Assembly: GCF_001194135.2 (NCBI RefSeq) | Contig: NC_068984.1 | Location: 118,586,960-118,650,959 of the forward strand | Direction: 5' to 3' | From: Octopus bimaculoides | Lineage: Eukaryota | DNA: 64,000 bases | Shown here: positions 11,676-24,397 of the stretch, in pieces | How the letters are laid out: each line of letters opens with the position of its first letter | Numbering within the stretch: the first letter of the stretch is position 1 | Translations under genes and position numbers: made by a program | The notes under the pieces: generated by a model | Databases searched by the model: none | What the model saw: the letters and a program-made list of their open reading frames with translations, nothing else | What the model was told of the DNA's origin: nothing

Positions 11676-13014
11676 CTACAAATAGGAAACAGAAACATAA
11701 AGCTAATTAATGACAACTGAACAGAACAAGTGCAAAAGTCAGAAAAGAGGTCAATATTGATCCCTGGAGAGTCTATGTGCTTATCCAAGGAGTTGATAAA
11801 CACAGGAAATGAGTTTCAGCATTCAAGGAGTTGAATTATAAGCAAGCTGTTTTCCAACTTGATTTAAAAAGTTTAACTGAAAATACAACATGGAAGTCAC
11901 ATTGTTGGCATATATCTAGTAAATATGCAATGCTAACAGGCCAATTGGTGAGCCAATTAAGGATAAGCACACACTTTCCATGAAACCATTGTAAAAGAGA
12001 CACTCAATACTATAGAGTGCACTTATTGCCTATTTACAGTAGAGTGGTTTCATGTGTTTGACAATTTTGAATTTACTCTAATTCACACAAATTTCTGGTC
12101 AAATGTCAATGCAGTAACTAGTATTCATGAAGCGTGTATTTCACATTAAATGTTCCTACTATATCAGTATAACATGATTAAATATTCATGGTTCTTTATC
12201 AATTTCATTAAATATTTTCGTTAAATTTCATTAAATATTTCTTATTAAAAAGCAGTAATGACACAAAAGAATGAAGGAAATAGTTTTTAAATCAAAAACT
12301 TTTTTATTAATTAATTATACACAACTATCATGCGATAACAGGACAAGGAAATAATAATACCAACACACACATAACAGATTTCTTTCAGTTTTTTTACTAT
12401 GTACTCAACCATACACAAATCTTTTTTCGTTTAGCTGGCCTGGAGTTATAGTAAAAAACATTTGCCCTAAGCATTACACAACAGAACTGAACCCAAAACC
12501 ATGTGGTTGAGAAACAAACTTCTTTACCACACAGCCATACCTGCACATAAACAAAGGTGATACCTGCAGCAAGCTTGCAACTCATATATTTTGAACCAAC
12601 AGTCTAGTATTGTAATTATTCATTATGAGGTAAAAATGTGTGTTCATACAATATTTCATGAAAGGCAACCCTTTTAGATTTAAAATTAGAGGATTATTTA
12701 GTAGACAGTAAAATGATTAGTCTAGACTGCATGAACATTTATGCTGAAAATTATCCTCACAACTAAACTGATAGACAATTCTCTTCCATTGTTTTAAACT
12801 ATGTAATTCACTCAACTATGCTATAAAGCATAAATAGATATAGTAATCAGCCTCAGTAGACAGAGTTGTAACAAACAAACTGTGATATGGTTTGAATAAT
12901 GAACCAAAACTAGCAAGCCAGAAGTTCTATAATTTTTGGTGAAATTTTTTTCTTTAATCAAAACCTTATACATACACCGTACATGCAGATAATGAAAATA
13001 AGAATTCAACATAC

Positions 13015-13089
13015 TGAAATTTTGAATTTTTGTTCAGCTTGCATATATTTATCTTCTTTGGGATTCACAGTACGAATTGCTGCTTTTAT
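13015..13089 (-). CDS. MCTP1: MCTP exon (IKAAIRTVNPKEDKYMQAEQKFKIS)
   Basis: Acceptor ttatttacag|ATA, donor TCA|gtatgt; 75 nt, phase 0/0. Confidence 0.94.
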
Positions 13090-13487
13090 CTGTAAATAAA
13101 ATTAGATTAGTAACCTTAAATTTAATCCAAAATTTTTCTGCACACAATATGTTATACACAACATGTAACTGTTATTGTCAACATTTTAACATCATCTAAA
13201 ACAATATCTATAATACAATGTGTTGTCATTCTTATTAAATCATTTAATGTATACTTATTATTATGATATTGCACTTCTATTTTCACAAAGGGTTCATCAA
13301 ATAATACTTTTCAATTTACTGTAGACACTAGCATTATAATGAATTGAACTGAGATGGAGCAAGTTATAAAGAAATTTTTTATGAAAGTATTTACTGATAT
13401 GTAATAAAACAAAGTAAGTTGGAAAATGTATACAAAATTATATTTATTACTATCAACCTTATCTTTTTTTAAAAAATATTTACATTT

Positions 13488-13527
13488 ACACTATGTTTCA
13501 GTTTGATTTCTAACCATCTTCAGGTGT
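13488..13527 (-). ncRNA. Decayed minimal type I hammerhead-like motif
   Basis: ACAC-CTGAAGA-T-GGTT-agaaatca-AACT-GAAA-CA-T-A-GTGT: intact CUGANGA/GAAA core; two CpG-type changes. Confidence 0.5.
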
Positions 13528-13654
13528 CTTTTCCTGAATATATTCGTAATACTTAGACTGGATTTGAATTACAAACCTTTGTTTCTAGACTAAGAATATT
13601 GCTTTTATCTACTAGGTCATAGATAGATGGAAAATATTTCAATAAAAAGCTTAC

Positions 13655-13756
13655 ATGGTTAAATATAATATCCATTTCTATTAATATTTTCCCTTTCTTC
13701 TTCCGTATTAATTTTTTATCTTTTAAGGCATACCATTTTCTCTCTCCTGGTTTGAT
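13655..13756 (-). CDS. MCTP1: MCTP exon, end of C2C (IKPGERKWYALKDKKLIRKKKGKILIEMDIIFNH)
   Basis: Acceptor ttttaacag|ATC, donor CAT|gtaagc; 102 nt, phase 0/0. Confidence 0.94.
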
Positions 13757-15219
13757 CTGTTAAAAGTAACAGCAAAATTATATATAAGACAAATAATAGA
13801 TGAAATGTCATAATGTTTATTTATGATTAAAATAATTAAATACACAAAGTCTAACAATCATTATCATAAATCTGCAAGGAGACTGACACAGTTTTATTTT
13901 AAATATTTTTATATTCATTTTTCTTTTTTAGAACTCTTGCTTCCATTAACCTGAACCAACTGAACAAAATTAACGAAGAGACACACAAAAAAAGTTTCTA
14001 CAATGTTCTTCCCAAAAATATTTCAAATTATGGCAACAATGGTGAGTATGTACAGTATGAAATACTTTTGCTTTGTACCATCTAACTAAAAGACAAAAAA
14101 AAAGAAAAGAGATAACGTTATTTTTCTTTCTGAATACTCAAAATGAAGAAATCAAGACTTGAATCAAAGTCATCAAACAATGGTGGGGAGACAAACACAG
14201 ACACACACACACTTATGATGAGTTTCTTTCAGTTTCTGTCTACCAAATCCACTCATGGAGTGGATTCGATCGGTCTGAAGCTACAGTAGAGAACTTGCCC
14301 AAGGTACCACGCAGTGGGATTGAACTCAGAACTATGTGGTTGGGAAGCAAACTTTTTACCATACAGCCACGCCTGCACCTAAAACATTCAGAATTAAATT
14401 CCAAGTCAAGGTATGTCTTATATTATTTAATGACTATGTTACTTTTAAGAAACATTTGTTCATTATCTAAATGGGAAATGCTCCTGGAAACATGAAAGGA
14501 ATATTATCATTTTATAATGAGTGTATAACAACAAAATGATAGCAGTGGTGTGCCACTCTAGAGGTCAGTAGCAGTTACGTAAAATACCATAGCTAGAAAT
14601 ACAAGTTTTACACCTTGTATATCAATTCTTTTGACCAAAACATAAATAACTATACAGCTGGTCTGAAAAGAAAGCTGAGATATGGTACTTGTATAATGTG
14701 ATTTATTTATGATAAATTTCTGGTTTCATACTTTATTCTAGTATATTTCCACAACATTATATTTACATGCATAGAATCATACATTTTCTCCTACAAAACA
14801 CTTTTTAACATTTAGACAGCTCAGTCAAATGTAATGCTTATTTATTCACAGTGTTTTGAATCAACCATGCATTATATTGTAGTTCAAGATTTTGATGATC
14901 TGATTGTAAGGTAGATGTGAGAGGCTGGATCTGATCAGTTTGAACATAAAACAGGTAGAATAGTTAGGTCATTTAAATGTGAAGGGCTAAAATATGTCAA
15001 TAAATGTTTGATGAAACATAATAAAATTGTTCTTTCCCACAAGATATCCTTTTGTGTTAGAGGTACATCTTATACACTAGCAGATATGGCTAATGAAAAA
15101 TAAAAAGTATATTCTAACCATGAATGATCTAAGCTAAATGATAAACTTAATCACACATTAATTAATTAAAAGGGAGAATGAGGAAGAACTAAGTTAATAA
15201 TCAATAAAATTGGTCTTAC

Positions 15220-15322
15220 TTTTAATAGAGGAATGCCTACTTTTCCAAGAAATTCAACTTTTTTATCTCTGTCTTCATCAAAAACTGTTACCTCTAATAC
15301 AGAATGTAAATCTTTAATGTTA
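15220..15322 (-). CDS. MCTP1: MCTP exon, C2C ([34 protein letters not shown])
   Basis: Acceptor ttatttcag|T, donor AAA|gtaaga; 103 nt, phase 2 in, phase 0 out. Confidence 0.96.
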
Positions 15323-15458
15323 CTGAAATAAAACAAAAAAAGTTATGAATTTAATATTTCTATAAAACAAGAATTCATTATCATTATATCATCAATATTT
15401 AAAAAGTATATTCAAGGTTGAGAATATTGAATATCAATAGGAATCAATTATCACTTAC

Positions 15459-15600
15459 AATGTGAAGATCTTGTTCCATTGGGGATTGAGTGTTTTATAC
15501 TCAGTTTGTGTTTGCAGTCGAGAATTTACTAATTCAACAACACAAAACGGATCACTTTTCCCACCAATATCAGCAGATAGTAAACCTTGAGCTTTAAATA
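15459..15600 (-). CDS. MCTP1: MCTP exon, C2C ([48 protein letters not shown])
   Basis: Acceptor ttatctag|TA, donor TT|gtaagt; 142 nt, phase 1 in, phase 2 out. Confidence 0.96.
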
Positions 15601-16349
15601 CTAGATAAGTGAAAAAAATATGTATATACATTATTATTCATAAATAAAGTACAGTTTAAGCCTTTCTTTGCTTGGTAGAAAGTGAAACATATGTAAGATG
15701 CAAATATTATGATTTAACATTTTTCTCCTTATTCATTTCTACGACGCTCATCACTCTTTTATTCTTTATTCACTTACTGGTTTCAGTCACCGACTATGAC
15801 CATTCAGGGGCACCAACTTCTATGGTCTCTTTTAGCCAATTTTACAAACCTTAGTATTTAGTCTGGTACCTATTTTATCAATCTCTATCAAATGATTAAC
15901 TCTCTTTCTTTACTGTATTTGATGACATAAAAGACACATGGGCATATTAGATGCCCAGCAGAGCATATTCAGGAAAAAAAGAAAACAGTTTTTAGTGCAT
16001 TAAAGCATGTAATATTTAACCCTTTTGTTACCATATTTCTGTTGGGATACACTACTTTTCAGCTAATTTTGAAAATTAGGAAGAATTTAGTAAAATAACT
16101 TTGTCATTAAGGTTAGTGATTGGAACATAAATTTACAGGAAATTTTGAGGGAAGGTTTTAATTTAGATCACTTTAAAACAGGAAATCTGTATCATAGAAC
16201 AAGGGTCAGTCTTAAGCTTCACATAAAGGACCCTGGGTGATTTCTTTTAAAAATGTGCATTTTATAAGTCATCAAATATGGCACATTTCTTTTAAGGATA
16301 CCATAAAGCATCTAAACTGGTTCACACGGTTATGCACAAATACATACAT

Positions 16350-16900
16350 GCACATCATCATTTATACATTCCTATCCCATACCTGCATGAGTCAGACGGA
16401 TCCTTTCCAACACAGTATCTCGTACTTAGTTGCACTTTTTTGCCATATCCTTTGTGAGATCAGCCACAAAGAGCATCTGGAGATCAGCTTTCACTACTTT
16501 CTGCCCATATCTTCTTTGGTCTTCCTTTTCTACAATTTTCTTCCACTTGGATATCCTGACACTTTTTTTTTTACCTATCATCACATGTCCATACCAATAC
16601 AGTCATCTCTCTTGCACACTGCATCTGAATCCTCTTATATTCAGTTTATCTTACAGCTCATCTGTACCATGTCATTCACTCACACTATCATTATTCATCC
16701 AGCAGAGCATTCTTATTTCATTTTTCTTCAATCTTCACACATCCTCTGCATTCTTTATTTTTTGCCCATGTCACAGCACTGCACTTTCTATGCTAGCAAC
16801 ATACAATCTACTCTTTGCTTGAGAGAAAAAAAATCCCCAAGTTACCAGCAGAGGAAATAGTTCCCTGAACATTTCCAACCCTGTTTTTATTCTGGCAACT
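16350..16900 (-). mobile_element. Degenerate RTE LINE ORF2 C-terminal relic
   Basis: Minus strand reads fragments such as EIRMLCWM and IRGFRCSVQER*LYWYGHV; the 207-aa plus ORF here is its antisense. Confidence 0.65.
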
Positions 16901-17388
16901 ATTTATTTAGAGCATCCTCTTCCATAGATAATTACACTGCCTCGGTAACAGAAGCTGTCAACTACTTCTATGGAGTTTTAAAAAACATTGAAAAGAAGTA
17001 CATCTGTCACATACAAAGTTTTTATCCACTGTCAGCCTGCCTTTGATCTCAGTACACAAGTGCAAATGCACTAACACACACATACCAGGCTTCTGTGCAG
17101 TTCCTGTCAACCAAATTTCATGTATGAGGCATCAGTCAACCCAAAGCTATGGTAGGCATTTGTCCAAAGTGCCATGTAGTGGAATTGAAACTGAAACCAC
17201 ATGGTTGCAAAGAGAACTTCTTACCACACAGCATGCCTGCATATATATTTATGCACAATGGATCCCCTTATTATCTAACAGTGATAAGTGTGGGGGATTG
17301 GGTTCAATCCTACTGTGTGGTACTTTGGGCCAAGCAAAGCTTTGTGAGTGGATTTGGGAGAGTGAAATTGAAAGAAGCCTGTTGTGTA

Positions 17389-17422
<34 letters not shown>

Positions 17423-17729
17423 TGTACACACGTACCTAAATTTCCTCATTTTGACAATATATGATAGTTGTAAATGAGTATCACTGTCATACTAGCAATG
17501 CCCTTTGCTTCAAATTTTCTACGAGGAAACATTATTTCACTTGAAAACAGGTGAGGGTTGGTGACAGCATGGGCATCCAGCTATAAAAAAAATTTGCCTG
17601 GTTCCACAAATTCCATCTGACACATGTAAGCATGGAAAAGTGAATGTCATAATAATAATAATAGTAATAACAGTAATAATGACAATGATGAGACAGGACA
17701 ATTTAAAAAAACAATCTAAAACAACTTGC

Positions 17730-17784
17730 CTTTCACTTGGAGCCAGCCAACATCTTTTAAATTACTCAGAGATTTCAGCAAGCC
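17730..17784 (-). CDS. MCTP1: MCTP exon, start of C2C (GLLKSLSNLKDVGWLQVK), ends at a GC donor
   Basis: Acceptor ttattag|GGC, donor AAAG|gcaagt; 55 nt, phase 0 in, phase 1 out; conserved NLKDVGWLQVKV motif; not in the ORF track. Confidence 0.92.
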
Positions 17785-18225
17785 CTAATAAATACAAATA
17801 AGTAAAAATAATTATAACTTTCCCATTTTGCACCAAACAATTCAAAATAAATATAAAATAAAGGAAGGCTGTAATTAAAATCTAAGAATTTAAACAATTT
17901 TCTTAAAGCTGCCATTTAATATTTTTGCCAATTTTCTTTAATCCCCAAAGCATTTTGTATTGATGCATCATCCCAGTTACTTCATTTAAATTGCTGAGAT
18001 GAATGCTGGCAGCTTTATTTTCTCTCTGACAAAATGAAAAATAGGGCTAGTTACACCAATTCTTCAGCAAAAAAATAAACTAATACAATTAATAAATTTT
18101 TAATTTAATCCCTCTCTCTCTCTCTCTCCGATGTGTACATGTATATGTGAGTGAGTGTATGCTGTTTGTGAACACCCCCCCCCCCCCACACACACACATA
18201 TCAATCATAAGGATGAATGCATAGG

Positions 18226-18321
18226 TCTACCTGCTAAAAATGAGAGCTAAAATCCTTGTTTGAACCACCAAATATCTGATGCTTCAAATGAGGGTTTTAG
18301 CTCTCATTTCTAGCAGGTAGA
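18226..18321. repeat. 96-nt hairpin, 39-bp arms, 18-nt loop
   Basis: tctacctgctaaaaatgagagctaaaatccttgtttgaa / ttcaaatgagggttttagctctcatttctagcaggtaga, 4 transition differences. Confidence 0.9.
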
Positions 18322-18658
18322 TGTATGTGTATGGTGAATCAAACTATATAGCAAATTTTTGGTTCCTGAAGTAGCTGCTAGATGATGTGCTTTATTGTTT
18401 CTTGATATTTACAATTAAGCAGCTCACAGAAATGCCCTGGAAAATACTTGAAAATGTTTGGTGGGTAGTAATACAAAGAAGCACTACAACACAAGGAAAT
18501 GAAATGCTCTAAGGTATAACTCACCATACAACAATCAGCGTCAACTATATAACTGGGAATGATTGTCCCTATTGCCACCCAGTAATGTTGGGGATCAAAA
18601 AGGCAATGGCTCACTTCAAATGTTGGGGATAAAAAAAAGAAAAATCATCACAACTCAC

Positions 18659-18845
18659 ATAATTTTGTACAATTTCTTCCCTTTCTTTTGGGTTAGGAGT
18701 GTAATTTGCTAAGTCAGATATAGTTTCGCTGCCTGATGTTCCACTGATTGTTAAAAGAATTTTAACCATGCCTGCTCCATCCTCAAGCTGTTGTTCAATT
18801 ACATGTGTTTCTTCATTTTTGATGTTAGACAGATCTATGGTAGCC
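18659..18845 (-). CDS. MCTP1: MCTP exon, end of C2B and linker (ATIDLSNIKNEETHVIEQQLEDGAGMVKILLTISGTSGSETISDLANYTPNPKEREEIVQNY)
   Basis: Acceptor ttctttag|G, donor TAT|gtgagt; 187 nt, phase 2 in, phase 0 out. Confidence 0.95.
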
Positions 18846-21800
18846 CTAAAGAAAATTGAAAACAGTAGTAATAAAAAAAGAAAACAACATAGCCAACACA
18901 AAAAAGTGCCCCATTTAAACTAAGACTTATCTAAAAATATAATCTATTAGATTTTGAGACACCAGCAAACTGCTATTTACTTGAAGGAATTTCATATATT
19001 CCATAAAAATTTCCTTCAAATAAATTCTGACTGCTTTGTACACATTTACCCATACTAGTTATGGACAAGAAGGTTTTTGTAAAATGAAAGATTTGTATGC
19101 TGTTGCAGAAAGCACTTTTAAAACTGGACATGCATGTTACTATTAACCATGTTTTAAAACAAGAATAGTTTCAATAATGTAATCAAGACAGAAAGTACTG
19201 GGTTTGAGTTTGAGCATTGACGTTTTATTAAAAATAATGAGTCCAATGAAATTTTGTTCGGATAGCTATTTTTAATCACAGCTAAACGGACAAAGAGAAA
19301 TTGAGAATGCAAGAGAGAAAGTGAAACTGAAAAGTTTGGTGAAAGTAGGAGCTATTACTAGAGTGTTGGGACCAGTGATTAGTAAAATTTGAAGTGGTAG
19401 GTTTTATGTTGCATAATCACTAATGCAGACAATATAATTTCCACCAGGTTTCTATAAACAATAAGTTATATTTATGTTTTTTTTTACATCTGGAGTTTAC
19501 ATGCTGTCAGATGCAAAATCAAGTTAAGTTAGAGTTAATATATTTAATATAGAAGACATTAAATATCTAATTAGACACAGTTATTCAATGAAGAAAGACA
19601 ACATTTAGCTCAGTGATTAATATTATTTTAACCTGATTTCAGCAAGTAAAGAAGACAATGAGGACATGTTTTGTTCTCATTGGAGTTCCTCAGTAAATTG
19701 CTGCCCTAGCGATAAGAGAAGAGGTACAAGATGAAGTCTATGCTTTGCTGAGAAGGTCTCATAAAACTGAAACATATCTAGAGTTGTTTTCCATACCTGT
19801 GGAAATAACTAGAATAACACTGTGTAACAGTTTTTGTCCTTGGGTAGCAACTGTTATTTCCTATTTGCTTACCCATAGAAAGTATGAAAAATGGTTGATA
19901 TTTCCTTCAAATATTTAGTTACATTTATTCAAACCCCCAAAGAATCCTTCTCAATGCATGGTTATGATGCTTCCCCACTATTCCTGCAAATCATCAGAGA
20001 TGCGCATATTGTCAGCCCCTAAGGAATATGCTCAAGTGGTTAAAGACAAGCAACAGACAAGCAAATCTGTGGTATTGAACAGAATGTTTGTCATAATATT
20101 TCTGCTTCAGCAATTCAGTACTGAATCTGTCTGAAATATAATGGACAATAGATCAGTTTCAAAACATTGATGTGCAGGTCACAAAGGCAAAGTTTGCAGG
20201 GAATAGTTGTCATTTCCTTTGATTTCTAGATAAGAGCAAAGAGGAAATAACACTGACTGACCAAAGACAAAAAAAATTAAAATTTTGTTACACAGTGTAA
20301 TATGAATCATTGAGCTAATTGACTTTTCTTTATAATTATTTCTAATTAGGTATTTAATGCTCACTACATTAGATGTGCTAACACTAGCTTAATTATGATA
20401 AATTAAATGTGTATTATTAACTTGTATGAAAGGTCAATCACAGAGTGGTTGGGCACTAATGACATCAATCAGTTGATGTATATATACAGAGTTTAGCAAC
20501 CAGCTTTGAAATCACTATTTTGCATAAAGCTGCAACAAAGCATCTGTAGCAGTTTGAGATAAAAATGCATAGAATGGCTGTCATATGATACAATCTCTCA
20601 TAAAATGGTCAGGTATGCAGGTCTCTTCAACAGGAACAGATATCTCCTTCGTCGATGACCTTGGGAAAGACAAAACTTTGTTTTCCCTCTGCTTCTTGAA
20701 TAAAATCAACACATAAATTTGGGAAATGTTCCAAGGTTTTATTTTATTTTTTAATGAGCAAAATAGCTAAATAGAAAAGGTATCATATTTCTAATGTGTG
20801 GGAAGCAAAATATGTTGAACACCAGAGATTTATTGTAGACTTTATCGAGGTCTAAGTGATATAGAAGAGATAGAATGGTAAGATTAATGAATTCTAAGTC
20901 AGAGAGGAAGATGAAGTGAGTGAAAGTGATTGAAACACTGTGAATGTGCCTGGCAACAACAATTCTAATTGAACAGTCAGCTCAGATTACAGGCAAAGCT
21001 ACTCGCTATCTGATTGTATTTTAAACAATCTTTAGATATCTGGTCTATGCAAGGGAAACTATCTCAATGTACTTTGTCAAATGACACTGAGAGAGAGAAG
21101 ATGGGGGGGGGGGGATAGGATTTATATATCATATAAACAGGTTACTGGTCAGGGACGATCAGAATGGAAGAAAGCATTAAACAAATAATCCTGGAACAAA
21201 GAAATTAGAAACTGGTTTTTAAGTAAGAAGAAATAGACAAAAGAATGAGATAATGGATAAAGGTAAATTATGAGATGTAGTAGATTATATTTGTTGTGAA
21301 AATATTAGGGAAAATAATAATAAAAACAATGATAATGATAAGAAAATAATGAAAAAAATGAGATACAAGAAGGCTTTGAATGTTACTTCATTCATTATAA
21401 AAACATAATCAACATCATCATTTCTAACACTTATATCAAAGGTGGCGAGCTGGCAGAATTGTTAGCATGCCAAGCAGAATGCTTAGCAGCTGTCTTTATG
21501 TTCTGAGTTCAAATTCTGCCAGGGTTGACTTTGCCTTTCATCCTTTCGGGGTTGATATAATTGATTTACCCCTTCCCTGAAATTGCTGGTCTTGTGCAAA
21601 ACATTTGAAACCAACATCTATATCAAACATGGGGAACATTTTTTTGAGAAGCAGGCAACATGAGACATGGTTCATCGTCAGGTGGGTTGGGTTGCATCAC
21701 TAAAAAAATTGAAAGTATTTTTTGTTAGGTGTGCTATTCAGAAAATCCCACAGGCAGCAGAGTACCCTGACTGACCAATATACTTAGATTTGGTAGAGAG

Positions 21801-22179
21801 TGAGTCCTTAGTTTATTGACCTTGAAAGGAAGAAAGGCACTGGTGATTCAAAGGTTTTAACTCAAAATATAACCAAATATAAAATGTCTTGACTGAGCTT
21901 CTACTGATTTTCCTACGCAACTTCTGCACAGTTTGCAGCAACCAAATTTTATTATCCGGGTTTTGGACAACCCAGAGATATACGAGTCTACTCAGAGAGA
22001 TTAACTTTAGTATCACATGACTGAAAAACAAAATTTCTTAACCACATGGCCATGCTTTTGCCAGTTTATATCTTCTCATGTCTCATTTAGTCTTTAGTCT
22101 ACCCTACTATTCTGAGCATCCTAATTATTATAGCACTTGTATTTTTTCATTAATCAACATGCATTATGATTAAGTTGTA

Positions 22180-23005
22180 TGAGGTGGTATCAAAAAGTTC
22201 CTGCACAAGTTCTCTAGCACACCAACAGATGGCAGCACACAGTTCTGTGTGCAGAGAGAGCTGGCAGTGATCTTCATGAGACAGTGTACCAAGTGACATC
22301 AGTGTGTTTACTTCACAAGTTGTGAAATTTGTGATCAAGTGTATGCTATAGTCTGCAATTTTTTGTCATGGACAGGAATAAAGAGCCAATGTGAAATTTT
22401 GCATTAAACTTGGTAAGTCTGCTATAGAGACATTAAGCATGTTTCGGCAAGCTTACAGTGACAAAGCAATAAGTTGTACACAATGTTTCAAGTACCATGG
22501 GTGCTTCAAAAGTGGAAGAACATCGCTGGAAAACTTACTATGAGCGTCATCCCCAGAAATGTGGTATTGTGAATTGAGAATTTGTACCCCAGGACCAGAC
22601 TGTCAATCAAGAGTTCTATTGTGATGTTTTGAAGCATTTAAGGAAGGACATTTGGCAAAAGCAACTGGATCCATGAAGCATGAAAAATTGGATTCTTCAC
22701 GACAACAATACACCAAAAACAACACCTGCCCTATTCGCCAAATTTAGTATCTGAAGACTTCCATCTCTTTTCCAAGGTGAAAATGCAGCTCAAAGGTTGC
22801 CATTTTAACACTGTTGTCGAGACCCAGAGTGTACTGCTTACAGAAAACAACTTCCAGGCCTGATTCCAAAAGATGGTAGGGACGCTGGGACTGGTGTAGT
22901 GCTGTGCAAGGTGACTATTTCAAAGGAGATGATGTTAAAATTTAAGGTAAATAAGTTATTTTTTATTAAACATAACTAGTTCAGAAACATTTTGATACCA
23001 GCTCG
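22180..23005 (+). mobile_element. Mariner-like element, internally deleted
   Basis: TA-flanked TIRs (t/c)GAG(g/c)TGGTATCAAAA; remnants RANVKFCIKLGKSA, GQTVNQEFYCDVLKHL, WILHDNN. Confidence 0.88.
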
Positions 23006-23050
23006 TAAAAGATCAAAATCTTAATAACGACAAAAAAAAGATCCTTATAC

Positions 23051-23181
23051 CTTCCCATGAAATCATCTTTTCCAGCAACATCATGGTCATACACTGTTAA
23101 TTCAAGACACTTTGTTTGATCATCATACATTCTCAAGTCAAATTGTTCTAACCAGCGAGGATTTAATGTGTTTGGTTTAAA
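23051..23181 (-). CDS. MCTP1: MCTP exon, C2B (FKPNTLNPRWLEQFDLRMYDDQTKCLELTVYDHDVAGKDDFMGR)
   Basis: Acceptor ttctttcag|TTT, donor AG|gtataa; 131 nt, phase 0 in, phase 2 out. Confidence 0.96.
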
Positions 23182-24220
23182 CTGAAAGAAAATTAGATAA
23201 GTGAAACACATACTTCAAGGTATTTAGACTATATATATATATATATATATACATATATATATGATAACTTTATTGGGGTATATAAGCCTGGTGTTTATGA
23301 TACTAAGCACATCTATAAGACAAAACTGTAAACAGATTGCATTGGACTATGATGAAACAACAGTAAATTGTAAAACAATTTGCTCACTACATTCTTTATT
23401 TGCCACTATATATATATATATGTGCACACACACACATATTTCACATGAGCTACCAGACTATCCAGTGCTGTTACATATTGCTGGTCACAATGTGCTTTGC
23501 ATTGTTTTAACCTTCAAATGATGTCATCTCACTGACTAGGTAAACAGACCAACATTCACCCCCAACTCTTGATTGAAAGTGGGAGTGAAGCAACATGAAA
23601 TGAAGTGTTTTGCTCAAGAACACAACACATCGCCTGGTCTGGGAATCAAACCCATGAACTAGCAATCATTAGTGCAACAGCCTAACTACCAGGCCATGCA
23701 CCTTTACATAATTGTATATCTATCTCTCTCTATATATATATATTTATATGTACATATAAATTTCTACAGTCCTCTATGAATCCATAAGTAAAACAAAAGG
23801 CACTCATTTATTTGTCAATAGAGTAGGTATATCAATATTAATACAATACAGTATTATAGATTGATTTCAACTGATTTTATCAATCTGCTTCACACAAGAG
23901 AGAAGCCCTTTTGACAAGTACCAAGATTCGGCTTGCTGCCTTCTGACAAACTCTCATTTGTGAAATGTCATGTTAAAGTACCCACACTAGTGTTGTGTAA
24001 AAGCACCCAGTACACTCAGTAAAATAGTTGGCAGTTAGGCAGAGCATCCAGCCATAGAAATCATGCCAAAAGAGACATGGAGCCTAGGCAGCTCCAGTCA
24101 AACCGTCCAACCCATGCCAGCATGGAAAACAGATGTTAAATGAAGATGATGATGACATGTGTGCATAAACATTTGAATTTGTGAACATAAAATATGTATT
24201 CTAAGTAATAAGATACTTAC

Positions 24221-24397
24221 TTTGCTCTTATATTTTTCATTTCCTAAACGAAATTTGACGTAGGGGTCACTGAAGCCATTGTCATCCATTGGCAACAGAT
24301 TTTTTCCTTCAACCAACACAACAGTCACTACACTGCTCCAAATTTGCATCTTCATTTTACGAGCAGTTTCTGTTAGTTTAGTGCTTCTTCGATAGAA
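24221..24397 (-). CDS. MCTP1: MCTP exon, start of C2B (FYRRSTKLTETARKMKMQIWSSVVTVVLVEGKNLLPMDDNGFSDPYVKFRLGNEKYKSK)
   Basis: Acceptor ttcttgtag|TTC, donor AAA|gtaagt; 177 nt, phase 0/0. Confidence 0.96.

Noticed and set aside
16237-16860. 207-aa plus ORF, the longest in the track
   Set aside because: It is the antisense of a decayed RTE LINE; the same applies to the 195-aa ORF at 60980-61567.
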